From assembly GCA_963768425.1 (NCBI GenBank), contig CAVYHV010000014.1, positions 288,001 through 352,000 on the forward strand: DNA of 64,000 nucleotides, in the 5' to 3' direction. Made by a program: the position numbers and the translations under genes. The notes beneath the pieces are model-generated. The model ran no database searches and was not told where the DNA came from. It was given only the letters and a program-made list of their open reading frames with translations. This stretch comes from Candidatus Bathyarchaeota archaeon. GTDB lineage: Archaea; Thermoproteota; Bathyarchaeia; Bathyarchaeales; Bathycorpusculaceae. Below, in pieces: positions 48,334 to 59,786 of the stretch; within the stretch, counting starts at the first letter, position 1, and the number at the start of each line of letters is the position of its first letter.

Positions 48334-49319
48334 CCTTCTGCAGAAAGCAAAGAAATAATTCCTTCTTCGTCAAGCATTGTAGTATTATTTGATGTATACT
48401 CGGGTATATTTCTTATAAGCTTAGGACGCGTCAAATTCTCATGCGGGCATACGATGTAATGAGTCTCCGTTTCAATTGCTCTACGCATTTCCTCCTCAGA
48501 AACCAACACCTCGTGAATTTTTTCACCGGGCCTAATACCGACCTTTTTTATTGGGTAATCTTCTCTTCCAGTGATTGCCTTAGCCATAGCCCTTGCCAAA
48601 TCAACTATTTTGCACGCGGGCATTTTCTTAACAAAAAGTTGTCCACTCGTACCTTCAAGAGTGGCATTGAAAACAAGATCAATTGCCTCATCTAATGTCA
48701 ACAGAAATCGGGTCATCTCAAAACTGGTTACAGGCAGATAGTGGTTGGCTTTTATTTTTTCTTTGAATAATGGAATGACACTGCCTCTGCTTCCGATTAC
48801 GTTTCCGTACCTTACGCAGAGAAATCTTGTGTTCCATTTTTTCGTTGCGGAATTGTTCAGATTCAACATTATTTTTTCTTGAATTGCTTTGGTCATACCC
48901 ATAACGTTTATGGGCTTGACTGCCTTGTCTGTGCTAATTGCCACAAGAACTTCAACATCGTTTTCTATCGCGGCTTTTCGTACATTTTCTGCGCCCAAAA
49001 TATTTGTTTTAACAGCTTCCATTGGATGGAACTCGCAGTTTGGCACTTGCTTTAAGGCTGCTGCATGGTATACGATGTCTATCCCTTTCATCACTTCGTA
49101 CACTCTATCGTAATCTCTTATATCGCCAATTACGAATTCCAAAAGATCATTGTTTTGGAATTCGTCCTGCATGTCACACTGCTTCTTTTCATCTCTACTA
49201 AAAATTACGATTTTGTTTGGATTCAGCTCTAGTAGCCTTGAAACAATTTTATGTCCAAAACTACCCGTTCCTCCAGTTACAAGGATGTTTTTATGGTCTA
49301 AATTCTTTGGTTCTTTCAT
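48321..49319 (-). CDS. UDP-GlcNAc 4,6-dehydratase/5-epimerase (FnlA/CapE-like)
   Basis: TGGTGSFG, FSRDEKKQ, HAAALKQVPNCEFHPMEAV, STDKAV, RYGNV, GIRPGEKIHE. Confidence 0.88.
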   Translation of the reverse strand: MKEPKNLDHKNILVTGGTGSFGHKIVSRLLELNPNKIVIFSRDEKKQCDMQDEFQNNDLLEFVIGDIRDYDRVYEVMKGIDIVYHAAALKQVPNCEFHPMEAVKTNILGAENVRKAAIENDVEVLVAISTDKAVKPINVMGMTKAIQEKIMLNLNNSATKKWNTRFLCVRYGNVIGSRGSVIPLFKEKIKANHYLPVTSFEMTRFLLTLDEAIDLVFNATLEGTSGQLFVKKMPACKIVDLARAMAKAITGREDYPIKKVGIRPGEKIHEVLVSEEEMRRAIETETHYIVCPHENLTRPKLIRNIPEYTSNNTTMLDEEGIISLLSAEGWVQ

Positions 49320-50617
49320 GTTTTATTAACTCCAGGTTTAGATATATTAAGAATGCAAACTTTTCTCACTTTGTTTAACGTCTCTTTGGCCATTATGTCC
49401 CAATCCCATTGCTTGGCGAAATTCATCGCTTCTTGGCTGAGGCTATTGTACAAAGTTTCGTCTTCCAATAATTTAAGAAGCTGATTGGCGAAGAATTTCA
49501 AATCATAACAAGGGATTTTAAGCATACCTTTTGGATAATAAACTTTTAGACTCTCCAAGTCGAACGAAACGCCAGGTAACCCACATACCATTGCTTCGCA
49601 AGCAGCCATACCTCCACTATCCATTATGGATGGGTGAACCACAACTTTGCTATCTTTTATTATTCTAAATTTTTCTACTCCATCTATGAATCCGAATGTC
49701 TTAACATTACCAGCTAAACCATATTGCTTTATTTTATTTTGAACTTGGATACTTAATGGACCCGAGCCGAGTATAGCTAACTTAGCGTCTTTTTTCTTTT
49801 CACAGACATATTTCCAAATATCAATAAGCTCTAAGACTCCTTTCTCGGGAACTAAACGTCCAATGAAGATCGCATCGAACTTCTTTTCTCTCGATTCAGG
49901 AATTGACAATGGTGTTTTCGTATCCACCCCACCGTAAATAGCGACAACATTGTCGATAGTGAGTCTTCTGCCATCTATGAATCGCCATCTGTCCAATTCA
50001 TTCGTGACCCAAATCATATCAGCATATTTTTGCATAAGCCAACAAATAGGCTTTTGAGATAAGTAGTAGAGGAACCCCTTGAACTTGCGCGATCCCTTAT
50101 AAGAAGACGCGGCGCTAAAAGGATTCGGAACAAAAAGAAAACATGAGGCAATCCATTTTGCGTTTTTATTTTTCATTTTTATTAACCAAGCAGGTATTGA
50201 ATCAGGCCAAAAATCTGAGGGAGAAAATAATATATCTAACTTTGACAAACCACGAGTTTGTATTGCTGCCGCGACCCCTTTACTTAACGAAATGGTTGTA
50301 TGGAGTAAAAGTGTAGCCAAGTTATACTTGGCAAAGACAGGGGTGCTGAGCACATTGTATTGAACGTTTCTTTTTGGTAGAAGATACCTTTGATACATTT
50401 GTTGTCCACTTGTAGTGGTCATGATTACAATTACGTTGCCAGATTCTGCCCATCGTTTTAAACTCTCTATGGCTATCCGATCACCACCACTTAATCCAAC
50501 TTGCGACAAACCACCACCAGCCACATTTGCGGTTACGATGAAGCGCATCGGTGCGTTCTCACATTCTGAAATATTGGCACACATAAATTCAATCGCACCA
50601 TTTAGAAGCTTTTCCAA
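49316..50617 (-). CDS. GT4 glycosyltransferase
   Basis: IGRLVPEKGV, PSIMDSGGMAACEAMVCGLP. Confidence 0.88.
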   Translation of the reverse strand: MEKLLNGAIEFMCANISECENAPMRFIVTANVAGGGLSQVGLSGGDRIAIESLKRWAESGNVIVIMTTTSGQQMYQRYLLPKRNVQYNVLSTPVFAKYNLATLLLHTTISLSKGVAAAIQTRGLSKLDILFSPSDFWPDSIPAWLIKMKNKNAKWIASCFLFVPNPFSAASSYKGSRKFKGFLYYLSQKPICWLMQKYADMIWVTNELDRWRFIDGRRLTIDNVVAIYGGVDTKTPLSIPESREKKFDAIFIGRLVPEKGVLELIDIWKYVCEKKKDAKLAILGSGPLSIQVQNKIKQYGLAGNVKTFGFIDGVEKFRIIKDSKVVVHPSIMDSGGMAACEAMVCGLPGVSFDLESLKVYYPKGMLKIPCYDLKFFANQLLKLLEDETLYNSLSQEAMNFAKQWDWDIMAKETLNKVRKVCILNISKPGVNKT

Positions 50618-50716
50618 CGAGGCTCTGTTTCCAACCTAATTCAGACGCGTTTCCAATCATTGTCTACCAACTTTTTATTTCCCACTCTTTATTAATTTGT
50701 TGAAAATATGGTAAAA

Positions 50717-51584
50717 TTACTTCGTATTTTGAAGATATGACATGGCGACTCTGAGTCTCAAACAATACATGGCGATCATGAGTACTGGGTGCCTTATCAG
50801 CTTTTTCCATTTTCCATTTTCAACAAAAACACCAATCAGACGGTACCTGACACCTGCCTGCTTCATTGTTTCCGGATCAGTATGACCCCATTTTCTGACG
50901 TATTTTTGAATTCCATCAGTATAGTAACCTTTCTTTTTCAGATACCGCGCCATGTTGAATCGACCTTCATTGTGATAAAGATACGAACTAACGATGCCAG
51001 TCTGACCGATTTTCCTTATTTTTCTGTCGAAGTCCCAATCTTCGGGACCAACAAGCGTTTCATCAAATCCTCCAACTTGAAGAAACAGATCTCTTCGAAC
51101 GAATCTTACTGCATCTATAACTGTACCAGTATAGAAGCTTCGCTCAAAATCTCTAACTTTTATCCAGAAGCCCTCTCCAACAATTCTTTCAGGAACATAA
51201 AGAGCATCAACGTTGATCACATTCACATTTTTCCACACATTCTGCTATCAAGTTTGGGCTCAAAATCATATCAGCATCCAGATAAAGCAGGTATTTGCCG
51301 CTGGCAACTTTGGCGCCATAATTTCTTTGTGCAGACCGTTCATTTCCCTTAAAGTAAACTTTTGCAGTGTATTTTTTTGCAAATTCAGCAGTTTTGTCTT
51401 CTGAGAAATTATCAACTACAATTAATTCAATGTTCTTGAAAGTTTGACTTCTTATTGATCGCAGACAATTTTCGATGTTTTTCTCTTCATTTTTTGTAGT
51501 TATAACTACAGAGACCAACGGAACATTTTTTGTTTCTGCAGAGTAAATGGTGGACACCTGTGTAAGATTACTTGTCTTTTCCAA
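50717..51584 (-). CDS. GT2 glycosyltransferase (frameshift near 51210)
   Basis: VSVVITTKNEE, VVDNFSEDKT, YLDAD; GGFDETLVGPEDWD. Confidence 0.85.
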
Positions 51585-53041
51585 AGTCCTTTACGTGCCC
51601 CAAGACTTTTGCTGCGCCCTTAACCGAGTACTTAACATCTTTTAATGATCGTATTCGAACAAGCTGTTTAAGCATGTATTGTGGTGTTAAGAATACTTTG
51701 TATATTTCGTCGCAGAGCTTCATTACTTCTTCAGGCGTCATATCAGGCGTGGTCATGACAGGTTCTTTCATGTCGAAACGTTCATAATCCTTAGGGTCAA
51801 CTCGGAACCAGCCATTCTTCAATGCTTCAGCATACAATTTACTTCCCGGATAAGGAATAACAACGGTAGACTGCAGGGTAACAGCCCAGCCTTTCTGCAT
51901 CATCGTTTTGGCAACATTCAAAGTACTTAATGCGTCTTGGCGTGTTTCCCATGGATAACCCACCATAATCGTTATGTGTGGTTCTAATCCTTCTTCTCGG
52001 GGTATTCTGCACTCATTCATGATATCGTCGATTTTTGTTCCTTTGTTAAGTCTGTCAAGTGTAGCTTGGCTTCCAGATTCCACACCGAAAAGAAGCATTC
52101 GGAAACCCGCCTTCTTCATTAACCGATAATCATCCCGCGTTAATGCTCCAAACCGCATGTTGCAGCTAAACTGGACTTTTTTGTTATATCCTCGCTCAAT
52201 CATCAGGTTGGCGAAGCGTCTAAGCCATTCTCCCGCTGGAAAACAGCCAGTGTCATCAAACACTGACTTAACGCCGTAATTTTCAATTAACAATCCAATC
52301 TCGTCTGCTAACCGTTCAGGCTTCATTGCTCGGAAAGTAGGATACAAAGTAGGCCATGAGCAGAAGGTGCAACCGCCGTCTTTTCTCCACCAACAGTCGC
52401 GACCTGCCATAGTGTAGGCGCCTGGAGTAACCTTGAAGTTGCCGTTTCGTTCGTTGTAAAGCTGCCATTTTGATAAATCGCGATTAATATGTGGCAAATC
52501 ATCCAAACTATGATTTAACTTGAACTGCCCAGTGTTTTTTATGTTTCCGTTTTCTCGATACCAAACCCCAGACTCAAGCTCTTTTGCTTTGCCATCTAAG
52601 AAAATTAACCAAGTTTAGTAACAGAAAGTCATAGTCGCCACCTGTCAGAACAAAATCAACCTTGCTCTGCTCCATCGATTCCTGAGGTAATGCAGTAACA
52701 TGATCGCCAACCAAAACAACCTTTGAATTAGGAAGAACTTTTTTCACATCACCAATAATGGACCAATGCTTCTTTACCACGGGAGTTTTAGTCTCAATCA
52801 TGATAACATCAGGATTGCTTTGCTCCAAATCGCTTAGCCATTGGCTGTAAGTTTTCTCCTCTGCAATCCCGTCATCCCAAACCACATCATAACCCGCGTT
52901 CGCCAACAAAGTTGCAGCATAAGCTGGAACAACAGGGTAAATGTACGTTGGCGATTGAAAATACTGGAATTGCCTGTTTTGCGATAGAAGTGGAACGCCT
53001 TTCTCTGAAATGATTGGCGGATAGGAGATGCTGATTTTCAT
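51568..53041 (-). CDS. cobalamin-binding radical SAM enzyme (frameshift near 52590)
   Basis: N-terminal B12-binding-type domain; CWWRKDGGCTFC, FDDTG, GVESGSQ, MVGYPWET. Confidence 0.85.
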
Positions 53042-53056
53042 CTTTTTAGATCACGC

Positions 53057-53995
53057 TTAATTAAGCCCGATAGGAAGAAAGAGCCGTAGATGATATGTGT
53101 TACTATTATGCCTAGCCAAACTGAGAAAAGCAACTTTACATTTCTGAACTTGCAGTGCAGCTGCAATTAAGCTTGAAACAAGATACATTGCTACACCAAA
53201 GAGCACAATATAGGCAAAGAATGAGAAGAATAAAGACAATACTATACCTGCAATAAGGGAAAATACAAGTAGAGAAGGAAAGAAATACGTGAGTTTCGCG
53301 GAGTTTTCAGGAAACTTTTTGGCAAAGAATCCTCTGTGTTCCCCAAATCTTGAAACTTGCTTGAGATGTGGTTTAAAAAGTGAACGTCGATGATGATAAA
53401 CAACCACATCGGATGATTCAATGAGTTTTTTGCCAAGTTTCTTAATTGCCAAGCACATGAGTGTGTCTTCGCCTGGCCAGTATTTCTCATTCCAACCCCC
53501 AGCCGCTTCGATTACCGTTTTTCGGGCAATAAAATTGCATGAGTGGATGTCATCTGACTCAAAACAGCTTTTGGTTTTATATCGGCTTGATAAGTTACCA
53601 ACCATAAATGAGGACAAGACATAGCCTCCAGCTTTTTGCATGAAACCGTCTGCTTCCGGCGTTAATCCAGGTCCTCCGACGCCTCCAACTTCGGGGTCTT
53701 CAAAATATTTCAAAGCATTGGTCAACCAGTCACTTCGAGGATAAGCGTCATTATCGATGAAAGCACAGAACTCGCCATTTGAGCTTTTGACGCCAATGTT
53801 ACGTTTGACTCCAGGAGCTACTGGTCCAGTGGTTATAACTTTGACTCCATCAATCGCTTCGGTAGAATAGTCAGGTAACAATATTATCTCAAAATTTGGA
53901 TAATCCAAGTGTTTACAGTATTCAATGCACTCTCTTGTATAGTTGTCCACGTCTTTACAAGGTATAATAATTGAAACAAGCGGTTTTGAAGACAT
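53057..53995 (-). CDS. GT2 glycosyltransferase with C-terminal TMs
   Basis: VSIIIPC, FIDND, GGWNEKYWPGED, HHRR. Confidence 0.88.
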   Translation of the reverse strand: MSSKPLVSIIIPCKDVDNYTRECIEYCKHLDYPNFEIILLPDYSTEAIDGVKVITTGPVAPGVKRNIGVKSSNGEFCAFIDNDAYPRSDWLTNALKYFEDPEVGGVGGPGLTPEADGFMQKAGGYVLSSFMVGNLSSRYKTKSCFESDDIHSCNFIARKTVIEAAGGWNEKYWPGEDTLMCLAIKKLGKKLIESSDVVVYHHRRSLFKPHLKQVSRFGEHRGFFAKKFPENSAKLTYFFPSLLVFSLIAGIVLSLFFSFFAYIVLFGVAMYLVSSLIAAALQVQKCKVAFLSLARHNSNTYHLRLFLPIGLN

Positions 53996-54768
53996 TAATG
54001 TTCACGAAGAACAAGTGAAACCATGTTTTGAAAACCATTTTTCTCGGGAAGCTGGCGCTGATACCAATGGATGACCCGAAGCCTGTACGCTATTCCAAGC
54101 AAATCAATAAACATGTGCCCCATCTCTTTCGGCTTAAATTTAGCATCCAACTTGATGTTTACAGGCATCTCCACAACTTTCAAGCCATAAAGATTCGCGA
54201 CAGCCAGCAACTCAACGTCAAAAGCATAACGTTTCACAGCCAATCTGGGGAAAACATCGATAAATGCACTTTTCCTCATTGCTTTAAGCCCAGACTGGGT
54301 ATCTTTAAGAGGCACCCCAGTAAGAAAACGAACTAAGCCATTGAAGACTTCGCTCAAAATTCTTCGAGACACGGGCACTTCCACTTGTGAATCACTATGC
54401 TTTTTAGAAGCTATAACAATGTCACCGTACTTCAGAGCATCAAGATATTTCGAAATAGTTCTCAAGTCGATTTCCATGTCGCCATCAGCAAAAATCACGA
54501 CGTTCCCGTTGGTTTGCATAAAACCAGTCTTCACAGCATGCCCTTTACCCACGTTCTCGCTGTAACTTACCACTTTGACATGACCGTTTCTCCCAGCGTA
54601 TCTCCTTGCTTTTGCCAAAGTGTCATCTCTGCTGCCGTCATCAACTACCACAATTTCATATGGCAAATTCTTGTCCTTGATAACTGCATCTATTGTTCCG
54701 AGCGTGTCCTCAATGAAGTCTTCCTCATTGTATGCTGGAATAACAAAAGATAATTCTACTTGCTCCAT
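53995..54768 (-). CDS. GT2, dolichol-phosphate glycosyltransferase-like (DPM/DPG synthase family)
   Basis: VIPAYNEE, VVDDGSRDDT, NVGKG, FADGD, DTQSGLK, FDVELL. Confidence 0.88.
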   Translation of the reverse strand: MEQVELSFVIPAYNEEDFIEDTLGTIDAVIKDKNLPYEIVVVDDGSRDDTLAKARRYAGRNGHVKVVSYSENVGKGHAVKTGFMQTNGNVVIFADGDMEIDLRTISKYLDALKYGDIVIASKKHSDSQVEVPVSRRILSEVFNGLVRFLTGVPLKDTQSGLKAMRKSAFIDVFPRLAVKRYAFDVELLAVANLYGLKVVEMPVNIKLDAKFKPKEMGHMFIDLLGIAYRLRVIHWYQRQLPEKNGFQNMVSLVLREH

Positions 54769-55031
54769 TAAACAGCCACCTCATCATTGTTTTTTCCGCG
54801 ATATTTCAGAAAGCTGGCAAGTTGAAGAAAAACTCCAGCGACCAAGGCATAATACGCGTAAACGGCTACATTGTCAGCTAAGGAAGACAAGCCTGCAGAC
54901 AAAGAAACAGCGGCAACAATCAAAAGAAACATGAACCCTACTATAAAGGGAGAGCCCCAATTCTCCTTAACGTATCCTTTGACTTTAATCATAATCTTAT
55001 TGAAGCCGATTTGTGTCATATTGCAGAGCAC
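54768..55031 (-). CDS. small two-TM membrane protein
   Basis: ENWGSPFIVGF...ADNVAVYAYYALVAGV; stop overlaps next start. Confidence 0.7.
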   Translation of the reverse strand: MLCNMTQIGFNKIMIKVKGYVKENWGSPFIVGFMFLLIVAAVSLSAGLSSLADNVAVYAYYALVAGVFLQLASFLKYRGKNNDEVAV

Positions 55032-55211
55032 ACTGTTCTTATGTCTTAAGAGCGAAGCTCAGAATTTAACGTTTGCCATAATCTCGGAACACACAATAAA
55101 AGTTCCAAACTTTAGACGACAAATGATTAGACGCTTGCAATTTTGAATTATCGTTTGAATATTTTAACATTATTAATATGCATCACAGCCAAGAAGATTG
55201 CGAACGAAGAA

Positions 55212-55490
55212 TCAAATGCCCAACTCGCCAGCAGAAATATTTCCTAACTTCTGAGCTGTGAAACTGATTTTTTGAGCCAAAGGCAAACCAATTCTCCTCA
55301 AACGACTTGAAAAGCTGCTTTTCATAGCATCTTCCAGCTTCCTTGTGAGCACAGCGATGCTTTTTGCTAACTTTGCACTTCGGATGTTATCTACAACTCT
55401 TATTGTTAAATCAAAGAGTACTCTGTCTATTCTTTGCAATGCTTTGAACCATGCGCCAGAACGCATAGCTTTAGTTTTCAGATTCACCAA
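55212..55490 (-). CDS. basic hypothetical protein (both ends probably affected by frameshifts)
   Basis: KAMRSGAWFKALQRIDR...VVDNIRS; in-line with glycan operon. Confidence 0.6.
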   Translation of the reverse strand: MVNLKTKAMRSGAWFKALQRIDRVLFDLTIRVVDNIRSAKLAKSIAVLTRKLEDAMKSSFSSRLRRIGLPLAQKISFTAQKLGNISAGELGI

Positions 55491-55720
55491 TTGTTTTTTA
55501 TTAAGGAAGCGGAAACCATCGCTATTAAGTACATACTTTAGACATTATGTTTTCATTCTCGCCCTGTTTTTATCAACATCTGTTTAATGATATTTATGAA
55601 TTGTGCATTTAAGTGAAAATTGTGATATTTCAAAATTAAGATGAACGATGTTTTTATGAAAAAAATTGTTAATATCGATCGTGAAGAATTTGGAGTCATC
55701 ATGTTTCAATCTTACATTAG

Positions 55721-57241
55721 TTAATTTGAAGTATAGCTGTAGATGGCGATTTTTCCACTGCTGGTAGACTTCGTGAAATGACGAGGGCAAAGTTGGTAGG
55801 TCATACCATCCTTGTCCATTTACCCACCATATTAGGTATATTTGCGTATGCCCTTCTTGAGCAGCCGTTATTGCCGCATTGACGGGGTCGTCAAATCCGT
55901 AGTTCATAACCTGATTACTATTGAGCGTTAACAATGCCCAACCATAAAACACTGTATGCGTAAGCAAAAGTGCGTTGCTATTCAAGTTATCTTTGAACCA
56001 TTGCAGAGCGTTGACCGTGTCATGACAGTCGGTTATCGGTATCGTATTCTGCAACATCGAGGTTGGAATTTGATATGAGTAATTGTTGAAATGTTCTGGA
56101 TTAAAGTAAAAGAAAGGCTTTTCCGAATTCATAAATATAAAACCAAAGCTTAGAATAGCCGTTGATAAAACAAGGTATAATATCGCAATTCTGTGCACGG
56201 TTAATTTGAAACGTTTCCATTTGATTGATTTGAGCCTGCTTAGAGCATCCGTCGCATAAAATGCGAGCGGATACGTAAGCAGTAATACCCAGCGATAAGG
56301 GCTTACAGAAGAAGTGGGGATAAACAGCAAAATAAAACTCAAGAGAAGCCAAGACCTGAGTTGAAGATTCCCAAATCGCCAAAGACCCACAACCACCAAG
56401 GGCAGCAGAGGCAAGAAACAATACAAGAAGAAACCCCCTTCACTTATCAACATAGATTGATAGGAAGCAAAACCAGTCCAAGTGGCCAAAGGTGATGCAT
56501 TTGTTGAGTAACCAAGAACGCCAGACTGCGCCACACCACTTAAATAAACGATGACAAAATAAACCGCCGCAGGCAAAGAAACAACAACCAGATCAATTGA
56601 CCACTTAAAATCTTTATGGAACAAGCTATAGGCAACTGTACCAATGATAGCCCCAAACATAAGTACCGCTACAAGCTGATGAGATAACACGACTGCCATA
56701 ATCGCTAAAGAAAGAACAACATAACTTTTCCAAGAACTATCCTTTCGGTTGATAAGCACATAAGCATGTAAGGACAACAAAAAAGAAAACTAAACCAAGC
56801 TCTTCTCGAAGTTGATCCCAAGAGGCTCTTAAAGCCACAAAATAAACTGTTCCTAAAACAGCAACAAACGTGCTCTTGAGAAGGACCAGCTCAAGCCTCT
56901 CTTAGCAAAAAAATATATTGATAACCCCAAGAAACCGAGAAGCAACGGCGAAATTATCTTAATCAAAAAACCGGCGATCCACCAGCACTAACTAATGTCA
57001 TATAGATCGCGTAGAATAGTGGGGCTATCTGAAAGGAAAGCCCATAAGTTTACGCCATTATGTAGCCATAACAAGTGTATTTGGAACATAAAATGCCATG
57101 AGTATCGAAACCAAGCATGTATGGGCCCATTAAGATCTCAGGTATAGTCCTCACGATTAAGGGTACGATAAATGCTAAAAGCGCGAAGATCATGGGATGA
57201 TTACCAGTCCAACGTTTTATGGGATTAGTAATCCAAGTCAC
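55721..57241 (-). CDS. polytopic membrane protein, GT-C-like (multiple frameshifts)
   Basis: N-terminal RTIPEIL.GPY..GFDT, many TMs, SHQ, YRW; ORFs 57050-57241 and 55584-56780; alternative end SGKIAIYSYTSN*. Confidence 0.65.
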
Positions 57242-57274
57242 CTTTTAATTCTCCAAGCACGCCAAAATGTGGAT

Positions 57275-57442
57275 TTACTTTATTAAACTTTGGTTCAAAC
57301 CTAAAATGTTTTGTGCTTTGCGAATGCTTTGGGGGTGTTTGCGTCTGCTCTTTATGGCGGTGTATATGATTGAGCCGTTATACAGCGTCCAGAAAAGCAG
57401 AAAGACCAGCAGAACAATGGAGATAATATCGACTATTATCAT
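57275..57442 (-). CDS. small single-TM protein (55 aa), possibly an N-terminal gene relic
   Basis: Own translation MIIVDIISIVLLVFLLFWTLYNGSIIYTAIKSRRKH... Confidence 0.35.
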   Translation of the reverse strand: MIIVDIISIVLLVFLLFWTLYNGSIIYTAIKSRRKHPQSIRKAQNILGLNQSLIK

Positions 57443-57881
57443 TTTGAAGCCGGTCCCATTAAAGATTTAACATAAGTTAAAACTGTAAATTCAAGCACCA
57501 TGCAATCTTCATTCTTAAGGCTCTGAAATAATGTTGAGAGGCAAGTCCCCAACTTCATTAGTCATGTTTTTCGCGAGACCAACTTGCATTTCTTGTTTAC
57601 AGCCCATTATTGATTTTAGTACTTTTAAGTCTTGTTTATGGATACTCACTTTTCAAGCTATAACCACATGTTTTAGAACGCCAAAATAAGAAATTATTTT
57701 AAGAAACCAAACATCAAGGAGGAAAGAAAATGATCGCTTGAAAACAATTCAGTAGCGAATATTATTTGAACTATAGTCTTAAATGAGCCTTCAGCCTACA
57801 ATGTATTTATTGGTCTCAGTATAGTATGAGTATGCTCTATGAGATTGAATCGTCCAACATTACAAAGGAAGGTCTTCCAAA

Positions 57882-59413
57882 ATGAGGCACAGGTTGATTC
57901 ACCGTAAAAAAAACACGTCCATTCTTCAACCTCATTCAGTTCCTCTGGAAGAACCTCTTCGCCTTAAGCACAAAAGTTTTTTCCCCCGGCAGATCCACTG
58001 GAAACTTAACAAGAAAGCAAAATGCCTTATAGCCTCAGCGGTCATAGCCCTCGTATTAGTTTCTTTTTTCGCAGTCTTATACTTGGAGAACAAACCCAAA
58101 GCAGATGCAGCCATCATACCTCAAAAAGATAACTCAACCAGTACAACTACCCCGACCTCCAGCCCAAATTCCAAAAGCAAAAGCTCAGGAGGCTCACTTT
58201 CCAACTTAAGCGGTTTGATAAACGGGATAAGCCAAGCAATCCAGAATGCAGTTGGAGACCAGACTAAGCCCCACGGGCATAATCGAGTCTGCGCAAACCA
58301 TCAACAGCACCGTTTGGAAGCAGGTAGCAGCAGCTGCGTGGTCATTTTTCCAACCTGGCATCGGAGTCGACAGTAATACTGGGCTACCCTACGGTGGGGG
58401 CAAAAGCTTCCCTGATTTCACCGATTGGGATTTAGGCGTCTACATCCAAACCGTTATTGACGCACAGAAAATAGGTTTAATAAGTGCCACGGGCGCATGG
58501 GGCGCAAACGACCGAATAGATAAGGTTTTAACGTTTCTGGAAACTCGACCGCTGAATGATACAACCCATTATCCTTTCTGGTTCTACGACGCAACAACAG
58601 GACAAGATGATCATTTAGAATCAGACAACTCCACTGCGGTTGTTGATATCGTTGATACAGGAGTTCTGTTTGTCGCCCTCAACAATCTCCGCGTTTTTGA
58701 CAGCACCTACGCCGAGCAAGTAAACAACATAGTGCTTAACGAATCTGCAAATCAAAATGGTGGATCAAATTATGCCGCCTTGCTGCCTAACATAGTGAGC
58801 ACCGCTGATTCAAACAGCATTTATGCGTACTTGTTCACTAGCGGCTTTGCAAGTTTCTGGCCTTCAGATAAATTATGTTCCCACCGATATTCTAAACAAC
58901 ATCATAAATTCGCCGCCAGTTACAAGCCCCTACGGCAACGTCACGTTGCCGGTGCTCCAGTCACCTGCGACCCACTTCTGTTATCAGTCTTCAACCTCAA
59001 CGATAGCAATGAATTGTCAGGTTACATGAACCAAGTCTATTTGGCTCATGAAGCGTATTACAACGCGACCAACAACTACGTGGCTTTCAGCGAAGGAAAC
59101 AGCCAAGAAAACGGCTATATATACGAGTGGGTAGTTGCACCCAACGGCAGCATGTGGCAAGTAACAAACGAGGCACAAACCGTATACTACACATCTGATA
59201 TTATTATTTACACCAAGGTAGCCTTTAGTTTCTTAGCCCTTATACAACTCGACTTTTGCAAGAAACATGGTTGTCTTCCTTGAAAAACAACTTCCTACAC
59301 CTACAGCTGGCTACTACGCCGGCTATAGTTATTCGGATGGCGCAGATACGGCGATAGATCCTAACACAAACGGCTTAATCATCCAAGCCGCACTTTACGC
59401 TATCCAAAATTAA
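57882..59413 (+). CDS. membrane-anchored secreted DUF3131-like protein (frameshifted)
   Basis: TM + Ser/Thr linker; AWSFF...TGLP...TDWDLGVYI, PFWFYD, DIVDTG, AFSEG, YTKVAF, NTNGLIIQAA. Confidence 0.65.
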
Positions 59414-59786
59414 CCAACAAACACTTGCATAAATAGTTTCAAATCTGCATATAAATGTTGAACATCTTTTGACGTGACCCACAATTTCAGGATTTTCCTT
59501 TCGGTCTCCGTCCAGACCAAATCCTTAATGACTCTATCTTATGCTTAATCTTCAATTTATTTGAAGATCGGCCCCAAAACGCAAAGAAAAAACTGCCTTA
59601 ATCTCAGGCAAATATACTGCTAAAAAAGACTTTGTCAATTTAAAAATTGATAGTGTCTGAACTCAGTCATGAACTCGATCAAATTGCTTGGTAGAATCGC
59701 ACATAGAAACGCCATATGAATTATGGCTTGACTTAAGAGCCACACTAAATAAACCAACTTTTTCTTGTTTTTCAAATAGAAGCTGA

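Noticed and set aside
57267-57470. 67-aa plus-strand ORF
   Set aside because: Overlaps a more plausible minus-strand TM ORF co-oriented with the glycan operon.
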